The notes below the pieces were generated by a model. It worked only from the letters and a program-made list of their open reading frames with translations. It did no database searches and was not told the origin of the DNA. The translations under genes were made by a program, and so were the position numbers. From Thermoplasmata archaeon (lineage in GTDB: Archaea; Thermoplasmatota; Thermoplasmata; Thermoplasmatales; GCA-001856825): 64,000 nucleotides of DNA. Shown piece by piece: positions 49,895 to 60,500 of this stretch (positions within the stretch are counted from its first letter, which is position 1; every line of letters starts with the position of its first letter). The DNA is taken from NCBI GenBank assembly GCA_021792255.1, contig JAJYUZ010000005.1, forward strand, positions 21,115-85,114, given 5' to 3'.

Positions 49895-50787
49895 AGCAGA
49901 CTCATTCCCTTATCCAGGCTAACCTTTGCCTCAAATCCTATCTCCTTCTTTGCCTTGGATTGATCTGCGAGAGTGGTCATCACGTAGTTCTTCACTGGCA
50001 TTTTAATGTACTTTGGGTCAATGTTCTTTCCCGTTACCTTCTTCAGTCTTTCCATAGCTTCGTTTAGGGAGTAGTTCTTGCCTGTTCCGACGTTGAAGAC
50101 ATTGAACCCTTTTGAACTGGAAGCTTTCAGGAGGGCATCCACCACATCTGTAACGAAGACGAAGTCCCTTCTCTGCTCTCCGTCCCCATATATTACGGGC
50201 TGCTCGCCTTTGATTAGCGAAACCATGAATTGTGTGACAAGGTTTGCGTACTTTCCCTTACCTATGTCGTTGTATCCATAAACTGAAAAGAATCTCATTG
50301 CAGAAACATTTACGTCAAACAGATTTGCGTACAACTCACCCAGTCGCTCGCAGGCTATTCTCGCTTCGGTGTAGAAGTCCGTGACCCCAGGTATAACTTT
50401 CTCCCTGTGTGGCGGCTCTATCCCATTATATATCGACGAAGTGGAAGCGAACACCAGAGGTATCTTCGATTCCTTGCAATACTCCAGTACGTTGGTTATG
50501 CCATGAACCACCTCCCCTACAAGGTTGGGGTTGTCCCTGTACATCGGAGATGCCGAATAGATTCCTAAATGAAAAACAAAATCAAAATCCCCCTTAATTG
50601 ACTTGATATCTTTTGCGTCCCCTTCGACAAATTTTGCCCTTCCTTTAATCGCATTTTCGAGGTTTTTTCTCTTACCTGTGTGAAGGTTGTCGAGCACGAC
50701 AACCTCATTGTCTTTGTATAGAGTGTCCACCAGATTGCTTCCGATGAAGCCAGCTCCACCTGTAACAAGAATGCTTTTTCCTTTCAC
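49867..50787 (-). CDS. NDP-sugar epimerase (SDR with YxxxR, HldD-like loop)
   Basis: GGAGFIGSN, ASTSSIY, FYTEAR, RFFSVYGYNDIGKGKYANL, RDFVFV. Confidence 0.85.
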   Translation of the reverse strand: MKGKSILVTGGAGFIGSNLVDTLYKDNEVVVLDNLHTGKRKNLENAIKGRAKFVEGDAKDIKSIKGDFDFVFHLGIYSASPMYRDNPNLVGEVVHGITNVLEYCKESKIPLVFASTSSIYNGIEPPHREKVIPGVTDFYTEARIACERLGELYANLFDVNVSAMRFFSVYGYNDIGKGKYANLVTQFMVSLIKGEQPVIYGDGEQRRDFVFVTDVVDALLKASSSKGFNVFNVGTGKNYSLNEAMERLKKVTGKNIDPKYIKMPVKNYVMTTLADQSKAKKEIGFEAKVSLDKGMSLLYSSISSKE

Positions 50788-50940
50788 TGTGAAGGATGCC
50801 TAATGGGTATAAAATACTAATTCTGTAATTGTTCCTGAGATTGCAATATTGGGTGTATCAAATTAACGAACCGAAGATTTCGTTCTCCATTTGTAGACGG
50901 ACTTGTATCAGAGTCTTCCTGTAACCACATGTCTTTCCAC

Positions 50941-51927
50941 TTAATCCCCGACAAATATCAGTCTGCTGCCGCCAAATTGGAATCTGAAATCAAGTTTTTT
51001 CAGACCAAGAGTGTTGGTGATTCTGTTATGCATTCTTGGATCGGCAACTAGCATGAGAAATCCACCTCCGCCTGCTCCAATCACCTGCCCTCCAAAAGCT
51101 CCTAACTCTAATGATCTCGAAATCGTCCGGTCTATGAGTTCATCACTTATCTTATCGGATAATGCTTTTTTTAAGTTCCAGTAGTTCATCACGAGATGTC
51201 CTAATCCAAGTACGTCCCCATCGGCCATATACTTACATGAATCTTCTGCCATCCTTGTAAACTCATCGTATGTCTCCCTCTGTTTGTCTGCTGATATTCC
51301 TTGATCCTCAATTATCCTGGAAGATGATCGTTCTCTGTCCAGGTATAGAAGGAGGAGTGATTCTTCTATTTTTTTCATATTTTCCTGATTGGTCATTAAG
51401 GGTAGAATATCGACCCTCTCATCACCGTAGAACTTCAAGAGATCGATATTGCCATACGCAGCCATGTACTGGTCTTGCTTTCCTCCGGCCTCTCTCAAGA
51501 CATTTCTTTCAATGTGAATTGCCTCTTTGGCTAGCTGCTCTGGATCAACAAACTCTCCTTTATAGGAATGAAGAGCGTGAAGAAGTGCCACTATGAAGGT
51601 GCTACTTGATCCAAGTCCGGTTCCTTGTGAAGGCACATCAGATATACTCACTATTTCGATCCCCTTGGTTAAATCAAGGAACCTAAGGGTCTCCCTAACA
51701 GAGGGATGCAAAATCTCGTCAAGACTGTTAACAATCTCGGTCCTTGAGTAGCTTACCCGGATTTTGTCGTCAAACTTCTTGTTGACTGCTACATAAATGA
51801 ACTTGTCGATAGCTGCAGAAACGACTGCGCCATAGCCGCTCTTCTTGTAATAAAAAGGTATGTCGGTGCCTCCTCCTAAGAATGTAATGCGGAGTGGAGC
51901 ACGTGCCATCACCATTCTATTTTTCAT
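50941..51927 (-). CDS. GHMP kinase, HddA-like, copy 2
   Basis: Same length (328 aa) and motifs as copy 1; GGQVIGAGGGG. Confidence 0.85.
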   Translation of the reverse strand: MKNRMVMARAPLRITFLGGGTDIPFYYKKSGYGAVVSAAIDKFIYVAVNKKFDDKIRVSYSRTEIVNSLDEILHPSVRETLRFLDLTKGIEIVSISDVPSQGTGLGSSSTFIVALLHALHSYKGEFVDPEQLAKEAIHIERNVLREAGGKQDQYMAAYGNIDLLKFYGDERVDILPLMTNQENMKKIEESLLLLYLDRERSSSRIIEDQGISADKQRETYDEFTRMAEDSCKYMADGDVLGLGHLVMNYWNLKKALSDKISDELIDRTISRSLELGAFGGQVIGAGGGGFLMLVADPRMHNRITNTLGLKKLDFRFQFGGSRLIFVGD

Positions 51928-52179
51928 ATTTACCAGACTTATCTAAGGAGCTATTTAGAAATCTTCTAGACTTATTAAAATTAATCCTTTTCACATGCAC
52001 GCAAACATCATTCTTCTGTGCGATTTCTGGAATATATATCTTGATCACATTCTTCCGGAATGCATCAGTTCTTGAGAATGAGCAAAGAGAAAGCCAAGCA
52101 ATGGCAAATTTTTTATATATTCTGCGATTAATAAAATGAATGATTTTAAGTATTTTTCCAAAAATTTTGAGGTTATGGC

Positions 52180-55100
52180 ATGAATGAAATTGAGATGTAC
52201 GTCAATGTCCTTAAGGGGAAAGCAAACGTGTTGCTTCTTGCTTCGGTCAAAAGATCCCATCTTCTCGAAATGAGAACCATAGCACGTAATCAGCGGAAGA
52301 ATATCCATTCGTATCTCGAAATCAAGGGAGAGCTGAACTGGAACTTTGAAAAGGGGAATTGGTTATTCGTCAATACCGATTCAAGCGGCCTCATATCCAT
52401 TGGAGGAAGAACGGAATTTGGATTAGACCCCAAGCACAGAGACCTGAGGATTCCTCAGAATGTCAACCATATCAGTCTAGAGCTGTCGGAATCTGGGGAA
52501 TTAGGGACACACAGAGATTTGAACCTACCTATTTATTGCGTCGTATACGAGAGAGATGAGGTGTTATATTCTCTTTACTACAAAGTAGAGACAATGATCG
52601 ATTTCATCGTAATGGAACAGAAATGGGACCTCTTGCGGAGGATCGATAACATCCTAAAACTGGTTCCTGCTTTAAAGATAGAATCTTTGTCCTATTTTGT
52701 CCACGCCAATTTGTTTACTGAAATGCTTGGAGAAAACCCAAACAGTTTCGATACGCTTAAGCACGTTAGAGAATTTGAAGACGAGGAGGCAGGCAAAGAA
52801 AGTGCGGGTCTTGATCAGGTGAAGACCGAGCTGATGGAACTGTCAAAAGAACTTGGCGCAAATGAAGATGCAAGAGGACGAATAGAGATTGTCCCTTTTG
52901 GAAATGCACACATCGACCTCGCGTGGTTGTGGCCAATTGCAGAGACCAAAAAGAAGGTTCAAAGGACCTTTTCGACAGCGCTAAACCTGATGGAGAGTAG
53001 GAACCTCACCTTCGTCCAGTCAATGGTCACCCATTATGATTTTTTCAAGGACCTTGAGCCCAGACTGTTCCAGAAAATCAAAAAATTTGCTAAAGAGAAG
53101 AAGTGGATTCCGGTTGGAGGGATGATGGTAGAATCAGACTGTAATTTAACCGGAGGAGAGTCGCTGGTAAGACAGGTTCTCTATGGCCAAAGCTATTTTA
53201 GAGAAGAGTTTGGGGAGTACTGCAAGATCGCTTGGCTTCCGGACTCATTTGGATTTACAGAACAATTACCACAGATACTTTCCAAGTCCGGGTTTGAATT
53301 ATTCTTTACGACAAAGTTTACTTACAACGATACAACGAAATTCCCGCACGACTTGTTTGAATGGAGGTCGCCAGATGGGAGCAAGATACTGGCCCACTCG
53401 CACATGAGAACTTACAGTTCAGAGGTGGATCTCAAATCGGTCGCCGATACCACTGAAAAGAACCCAGAAACCTCTAAACTAATTGGCAGTGTTCCGCTTA
53501 TCTATGGATACGGGGATGGAGGTGGAGGACCGACAGAGGAAATGCTTGATGTTATGGAAAGCGTTAATTCAATAAAAAGCACATTTTACACTGGAAGTAA
53601 TGCGATGGATTACTGGGTGTCAAAGGTAAAGGCTCACAGGTCAGAGTTGCCTTCTATCAGTGGTGAATTGTACCTAGAGGCTCACAGAGGAACCTATACT
53701 TCGCACGGAGACATCAAGAGAATGAACAGAAGAATTGAATCCGAATTATTCTTAGCAGATGCAATTTCCTCAATGTTTTCAAGAAGGACTCATTCGCCCC
53801 TTAAAGACGAATGGAAAATATTACTGAAGAATCAATTTCACGATATACTACCAGGATCGGCTATTGATGCGGTTTATCACGAATCTCTGCGAGAGCTAGA
53901 CAGACTTTCTGCGAGAATCAGAAGAACATTCAATGGAAAAATAAAGGTTGGTGCCGAAGGCAATAGGTCCTTCGCCGTATTCTCGCCATACTGGTGGAAA
54001 ACATCAACCTGGATAGCTATCGATGGTCTGAGAGACGATTACGTAATAAAAGATGAAAGGAACAGAGAATATTCCGTCTTGTCTAATGGCGTGGAGCACG
54101 GTTTTTATGCTGATCTTGATCTAGGTATGGGTGTTTACAAATTCATTGCCCAGCAACGAGCGAAGGAACTTTTAAAATCAAAAGAGAATAGCTTGTCATC
54201 TCCCAGTCAATTGCACGATTGGTCTGTTGAGTTCAATGATCACGGTCTCACCTCGATACGCATAGATGGACAAGACCTGCCTATACCGGAACTGGTTCTC
54301 TTTAGGGATTTTCCATTCTATCTAGACGCTTGGGAACTTGAAGACCTGAGGAAAGAGCAAGGTAAGCCCTTGAGCTCGTCCGGTGTACAACGGATCAAAG
54401 AAGAGGGATTTGGAGAGATTATTAGAGTCAAGTACGACCTAGATCCCGGAGAGATTCTATTGACATTATCGCTACCAAAACACGAAGAATTCTTGAGGCT
54501 TAAGTTCGATGTTGACTGGAAAGGCAACAACAGGCTGCTCAGAATGTTTCTGAGAACAGGAAAAGGCGTATGTCTCGGTGAAACCGCATATTCAGTGAAT
54601 GAAAGGAAATCTGAGGCTGCCAAATACGAATTCCCTGCGCATAGATTCGTAGCAATTGAATCAGGGGGCTCGACCTTTCTTTTGTTGAATGACTCGAAAT
54701 ATGGGTATTCATTCAGGGACGGTTACCTTGGAGTTTCCCTTCTGAGATCTCCTTTCTATCCTGATCCATTCGCAGATAGGGGGAAGAACACGTTTTCGTT
54801 CTCTTATGGCTTCACCTTAAACAGAGATCCAATATTCTATGCCAAAATGGGAATAAGGTTCAACGTAAATCCAGTGTTGGTCAGTTCTAGCAACACCATA
54901 AAGCGGCACCTGCTTGCAGAGAATGCTGTCATAGGTGCTCTGAAGCAATCTGAGGAAGGCAATTACAGGATAATCAGGATTTACAACCCTACCCGGTCAA
55001 ATAAACGGTTCAAGATCGAGCTACCCACTGAAATATCTAATCTTGTTGAGATAGACCTGTTAGAAAATCCTTTGCCAGATCCATCTTCTGGACATATCAC

Positions 55101-55194
55101 ACAACACGGTAACGTTATAGAAGGTAGAATCGGTGCATTCGAAATCAAGTCTCTAAGAATGACTCCAGAGCATCCCAAGAAACAAGGCTCTTAG
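52180..55194 (+). CDS. GH38 alpha-mannosidase
   Basis: AHIDLAWLW, GESLVRQ, WLPDSFG (nucleophile), YGYGDGGGGP, ELYLEAHRGTYTS, NQFHDILPGS; no signal peptide. Confidence 0.93.
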   Translation: MNEIEMYVNVLKGKANVLLLASVKRSHLLEMRTIARNQRKNIHSYLEIKGELNWNFEKGNWLFVNTDSSGLISIGGRTEFGLDPKHRDLRIPQNVNHISLELSESGELGTHRDLNLPIYCVVYERDEVLYSLYYKVETMIDFIVMEQKWDLLRRIDNILKLVPALKIESLSYFVHANLFTEMLGENPNSFDTLKHVREFEDEEAGKESAGLDQVKTELMELSKELGANEDARGRIEIVPFGNAHIDLAWLWPIAETKKKVQRTFSTALNLMESRNLTFVQSMVTHYDFFKDLEPRLFQKIKKFAKEKKWIPVGGMMVESDCNLTGGESLVRQVLYGQSYFREEFGEYCKIAWLPDSFGFTEQLPQILSKSGFELFFTTKFTYNDTTKFPHDLFEWRSPDGSKILAHSHMRTYSSEVDLKSVADTTEKNPETSKLIGSVPLIYGYGDGGGGPTEEMLDVMESVNSIKSTFYTGSNAMDYWVSKVKAHRSELPSISGELYLEAHRGTYTSHGDIKRMNRRIESELFLADAISSMFSRRTHSPLKDEWKILLKNQFHDILPGSAIDAVYHESLRELDRLSARIRRTFNGKIKVGAEGNRSFAVFSPYWWKTSTWIAIDGLRDDYVIKDERNREYSVLSNGVEHGFYADLDLGMGVYKFIAQQRAKELLKSKENSLSSPSQLHDWSVEFNDHGLTSIRIDGQDLPIPELVLFRDFPFYLDAWELEDLRKEQGKPLSSSGVQRIKEEGFGEIIRVKYDLDPGEILLTLSLPKHEEFLRLKFDVDWKGNNRLLRMFLRTGKGVCLGETAYSVNERKSEAAKYEFPAHRFVAIESGGSTFLLLNDSKYGYSFRDGYLGVSLLRSPFYPDPFADRGKNTFSFSYGFTLNRDPIFYAKMGIRFNVNPVLVSSSNTIKRHLLAENAVIGALKQSEEGNYRIIRIYNPTRSNKRFKIELPTEISNLVEIDLLENPLPDPSSGHITQHGNVIEGRIGAFEIKSLRMTPEHPKKQGS

Positions 55195-55199
55195 ACTAA

Positions 55200-56513
55200 T
55201 CAGATTGTCTTTTCCTTTAATTTCAGCCCCTGTTTGAGGGGAACGAAAATGAAAATCACCGCTGCAACAATGAGGAAAGCACCAGCAAATGGGCCCAGAG
55301 CCCTGATGAACACCACGCTTTGTGTCGGATCGTAGAAACTAGTGACCCACCATCCTAGAACGAGTCCCGCCAGGCCAGTCGGCACTCTATCAACCAATCC
55401 CTGTACTCCGAAATATATCCCCTCTCTCCTGTACCCTGACATGGTTTCATCTTCATCTACTACCTCTGACAATATGGCATTCGGTAGAATGAAGTACGAA
55501 GTCAACCCCAGTCCCGCTACAACCATAACAAGGAGGGTCTGGATGAAATTACTTACGACATGAGTGAATCCGACAAAACCTATGAGAATAAATGCCAGGG
55601 CAAGAATCGTAGTGAACAGAATGAAGGCTGATTTTTCTCCACGGTTCTTTGAGTAGCGGATAAGTAGAGGAGAAAAAATCACAGCCAGAACCAGAGCAAT
55701 CAGAGTAAATATTCCAACGTAGCTCGTATAATTCGGATTTCCTGGCATCACAACACTTTCGACAATGTATCCAAGGGACGACAGGAAGAAATAGAATCCG
55801 AACGTGAACGCGGTTTTCGCTATGATATAACCATCAAAAGTCTTGTTTTTGAAGGTTTGAAGGATGCCTTGGATTATGGAGTACTGTTTCGGAACGATCT
55901 CTCCCACCGGTTTCTCTTTGATCGTAAAGAAGACCACGTAGAAAGAAACACCAGATATCACCGCCAGAGTCAGGCCCAGAATCGCATATCCATATCCCAG
56001 GGCGAGAAAGATTGCAGGAAGGACAGATGCCAAAACAATCCCAAAGATCGAGAAATATGAGGATATTGTGGAAAGAACGACTCTGTCTCCAGCCTCAATC
56101 GTAAGTTCAGGCATCATGGCAAGATATGGAGCTCCCACCCAGACAATCAAAAAGTTGACTCCGACTAAATAGAATACCAGAAGGATGAACAACGCTATAC
56201 CGCTAGAGACTGGTACCCATACCATTGTCAGAAACACTACGAGAGGGATCGTCCCTGTCGCAATGAAGAAACCCCTTCTTCCAAAACGTGATGTGGATTT
56301 ATCGCTCCAGTGCCCAATGATAGGATTGGATACTGCCTGAATTATGGTTCCCAAGAACAAAGCCAGTCCGACCATATAAGAAGACAGCAACCTTGGTCCT
56401 TGAAGAGGGGAATAGAACAAGAATATGTAAGTGGGAAGATAGTAGAGCGGAATCGTCTCCCCTATTTCACCGATTCCATAAAGAATTTTTTTGGATAGAG
56501 GGAGTTTTCTCAT
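55200..56513 (-). CDS. MFS glycoside-pentoside-hexuronide (MelB-like) transporter
   Basis: NPIIGHWSDKSTSRFGRR, PYLAMMPELT, EVVDEDE..SGYRREGIYFG; about 12 TMs. Confidence 0.88.
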   Translation of the reverse strand: MRKLPLSKKILYGIGEIGETIPLYYLPTYIFLFYSPLQGPRLLSSYMVGLALFLGTIIQAVSNPIIGHWSDKSTSRFGRRGFFIATGTIPLVVFLTMVWVPVSSGIALFILLVFYLVGVNFLIVWVGAPYLAMMPELTIEAGDRVVLSTISSYFSIFGIVLASVLPAIFLALGYGYAILGLTLAVISGVSFYVVFFTIKEKPVGEIVPKQYSIIQGILQTFKNKTFDGYIIAKTAFTFGFYFFLSSLGYIVESVVMPGNPNYTSYVGIFTLIALVLAVIFSPLLIRYSKNRGEKSAFILFTTILALAFILIGFVGFTHVVSNFIQTLLVMVVAGLGLTSYFILPNAILSEVVDEDETMSGYRREGIYFGVQGLVDRVPTGLAGLVLGWWVTSFYDPTQSVVFIRALGPFAGAFLIVAAVIFIFVPLKQGLKLKEKTI

Positions 56514-56726
56514 AACCTCACATAATAAATCTCAGACGGTATATAAAGATTTATAAAAAAAAATAGATATTTTTCGAGTCCTTTGCCTTAGAATCGCGAT
56601 ATAAAGCTTGCTGACTACGTTAGAAAGAGAAGATGGTTAAGGTTCTTCGTACAGCTGGAAGGTGTCAAAAATGTATCAATTAGTATTTTCAAGAACATCG
56701 TTTGCCCTGTTTATTCCATTGGAAGT

Positions 56727-57416
56727 CTAGACTTCTCTTGTCAAGTATAATTCTCTGATCTCTTCATAATCTTTCACGCTGTCGATAGGCTTCCAAAAAC
56801 CATCATATTTGAATGTGCGTATTTCCCTCCTTGTTGCAAGAACTTTGAACAGTGACTCTTCTAACCCTTTCTCCGCATATTTTCTATTAAGGAATGCTTT
56901 TACTCCCCTTTTCATGAAATAGGTTCCGCCGTTTATGTAATGATGAAGAAGAGGTTTTTCCCTAAAATTAGTCACTATATTTCGCTGTATTGAAACCATC
57001 CCGAAGGGGCTCCTCATCCTAACTACTAACATATTGACCAATTCCCTGTGTTGTTGAGAGGTCTTTACAAAGTCCTTCAGGTCTAGATCAGTGATTGTAT
57101 CTCCATTTCTCAAAAGAATGTCCGCATCGACTTTGGAAAAAAAGTTAGTGAGTGCCCATAGAGTTCCCATGGGTTCTTGTTCTCTCAGATATTGAATTTT
57201 CAATCCCCTCCATTTGTTGCCATAACGGCTCTCTATCAATTCTCCCTTGTATCCAGTCAGAAGGTAGACCTCCCTTATATCGGCCTTCTTAAAATCTAAG
57301 AGCTGGTGGTCCAATATAACGTAATTGTCTCTCAATGGCAACAGTACCTTCGGAATGTCAGGCGAAACGGATTGGAGTCTTTTTCCGTATCCCCCTGCGA
57401 ATATTGCCCCAATCAC
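56727..57416 (-). CDS. Sugar-phosphate nucleotidyltransferase (HddC/GMPP-like, no hexapeptide domain)
   Basis: AGGYGKRL...IPK.LL, EPMGT, NGD, FREKP, INGG.Y, FWKPIDS.KD. Confidence 0.8.
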   Translation of the reverse strand: MIGAIFAGGYGKRLQSVSPDIPKVLLPLRDNYVILDHQLLDFKKADIREVYLLTGYKGELIESRYGNKWRGLKIQYLREQEPMGTLWALTNFFSKVDADILLRNGDTITDLDLKDFVKTSQQHRELVNMLVVRMRSPFGMVSIQRNIVTNFREKPLLHHYINGGTYFMKRGVKAFLNRKYAEKGLEESLFKVLATRREIRTFKYDGFWKPIDSVKDYEEIRELYLTREV

Positions 57417-57546
57417 AGTTGTAAATCCGATTCAGTCCGATAAACCTTTTCACAGAATAGGTCGAGTCGGGTCCACAGTGGCACCCATATTCAGGAGGTA
57501 AATATTTGGTAAATTTTTATATATTTCAATATTCTATTAATCAGAT

Positions 57547-60500
57547 ATGAACCCTAAAAGAAGATTTTTAAATCAAATGGGTCTTGACAGCAAGAAAGTT
57601 TTCGCATTTCTCTTCACACTGATAATGGTTCTGAGCGTTTCTTTGATCGCGACTTACGGCACTGGTCAGGTTTACGGAGCTTCGGGCTCAGTGAGCTATA
57701 ATCCAACGGTCTTTTCCAACCAGGAGACTGTGAGGGTCATTGCTAATGGAGGACAGTTCACTTCGGGAGCTACTCTTAATTTCTACCTCAGCTCTACGGG
57801 CACTTTCAGCACATCATCAACATACGTTGGGACTCGAATTCTTCCGAGTGGCGCGACCAGCCTCACAAACACACTGGTGAACATCTCGGTGCCTGCAACT
57901 AAGGCGCCAGGCGGCTACTATTTAGCCGCATCGGATAATGGAGGAACTTCTTTCACCTCCGGTACGGCTGTTACGGTGACCGCGCTCAAACCTTCGATTA
58001 CTCTATCTCCATCCACGATCGTATCCGGTGGAGCTACCAATGTAACGGGCAGTGAATTCGACCCAGGAGCCACTGTAAACATCTATCTTACCAATGCAGG
58101 AGGGCAGATTATAGCTAGCAACATTGTTGCCCCGACTGGCTATTTCACTGCAAAGGTAACGATCCCAAACACTCTCCCTCAAAACAGCTTATCTGACTAT
58201 ATAGTTGCAGAGGAGGTATCATCGAGCTCTCCCAATCACGGCATAACGGCTAGCACCCCATTTGCTATTACAGCCTCTATTGTTGTTTCACCGACTGATC
58301 TTGCTCCCTCTCTCTCAAACAGCATCGTGATAAACGGCTATGGATTTCAACCCAGTGCAACTATCTCTTCTTCTGCTATCTCTCTTTCCGGAGGTATAAC
58401 ATCAGTTTCCAATGTGGCCACTTCCACGAATTCAAATGGGCAGTTTTCCACAACAGTCACTTTCGATTCGATAAGTGCCTCTGGACCAATAGCCGTTGGC
58501 GTAATTACCAGTCCGGTCTCCACCCCCAACAATTTCCCTTCTGCATTCTTTGTATCTCAGTCGAATGCGACAAAAATGGGATTCACCTTTGCAGTGATCC
58601 CGACTATCGGCGGCACCTATAACGTAGGAGACACCTTCAGCGCACACGTTTACAATTTCCCATCCTCACAGAGTGTCAATATATACCTCGGTTCAACGTC
58701 CATCGGTACGATTACTACGGATGGTAATGGATACGGTGGACTTGTATCCACGATACCTGCACTTTCAGGGAATACGTACACTCCCACGGCTGTTGTTAGC
58801 TCGATGGACCTGTATGAACAAGCATCAACTTCCCTGACAATAGCACCATACTACAGCGTGGAGAATCCCTCTGACGGAATGTTTGCCACGGGCTTTTCTG
58901 AATACATTCCTTCGAATGCAATTCTGACGATCGGTGCCTATGGATTAAGTCCGTTCACTCAGTATGACGTTCAGGATCCGATAGTCGCGCCTTCGGGTGT
59001 GTATGCAGCTGGATTGGTGACATCGGTATCCGTAGGGACGGAGGGAGTTACAGGGATATACCCTGCTGCAAACGGGACGTTAATTTTCTCTTACAGCCCT
59101 CAATATTCCACCACAACGTCCACTCCTTCCACACTGTCTATGACAAATGGTGTCTCTCTCTATTCCTACAGCGGGAATACATACCAGACTATAGGGACCC
59201 CTGTGATATCCTCTCCTTCGACCATCAACTCCTTTGCGAATCTTAAACAGGCCTCCACACAAAATCTGTACGTTAGCAGTCTGATTCCTTTCGGCTCACC
59301 CATATACCCCGGAACTTCCTATTACTACAGTGCATACCTAGGAACGAGCCAGCTTATGGTCAACTACTCAAATGGAGTAATATCCTCTGAATTCTATGCG
59401 ATGGGAGGGACCTTTACAGGCACATTCTTGACTCCATCGATAGTCGGTGTTTTTGAGCTCAACATTACTCACTACGGCTCATCTTATTCAACCGATCTGG
59501 TCTCGCAGTACGACGTAATATCGGCAGTAGGCAGTTCGTATTCCGCTGGCCATATACAGGTGTTTCCACTATCTGCAGGAAGTTATGAGGTGGTCGGCTA
59601 CGGCTATTACCTGAAAAATCCAACTCTATACTACACAAAGTATTCCGGTTTGCAGTCTGGATTGCTTGAAACTCTCACCAATGGCGCGTTCCTTCAGCAG
59701 ATCACCCCAGGAAGCGAACCCGGAGGGACATATTCTGTCTTTACCGAGCTTACAAATGCCAGCAATACTTATTTCGTATATTCATCCTACACAGTTTCAG
59801 CAAGTATGACCCTCAGCAGCTCTTCGGGAACCATAGGTAGCACACCTGCTCTAACCATCAAAGCGCTCGAACCGAACACTTATTACAACGTTCTGTTCGA
59901 TGGGTCCTACAATACCAATTTTGTGACAGACTCAACGGGCACTCCTACCTCTACACCAACTGTCACTGTTCCAACAGCACCGGCAGGGACGTACTACATA
60001 AACGTATCAACAAAGAATTCGGGAGTTGTAGTCCTCAGCCAAAAGTACACGGTAAAATCCAATTCGGGGCTTTCACTATCTACCGATAGTCAGTACGCAT
60101 TTCCAACTCAGATGGTCGGTTTCACAGTGAGTGCCGTTGGATTTTCCCCAGGATCACCACCATCTCCAGGGACGGGTGGTTCTCAGACCCTTATAGGTAC
60201 GTTTGCACTCGTATACCTAAACAACACGTTCTTTGCGCAGGTTCCAGCAACTTGGACTTCAGGGTCTCCTGGCACTTTGAGCGGTAACTTCCAGATGCCC
60301 AACGATAACGCTGGATCATTCTGGTCCATATCCATTGGCGCGGTAGACGAATATACGGTCACAACGGTGAATACAGGAACAACCTACAGCAATGCCTACA
60401 TACCGTACTCCGAGACTGTGGGGTCTAATTTCCTAGGACTAGCAGAGGGTAATGGAGCACTCCTGACTGGAATTACTCAGGGTCAGATGGCTACGCTCGA

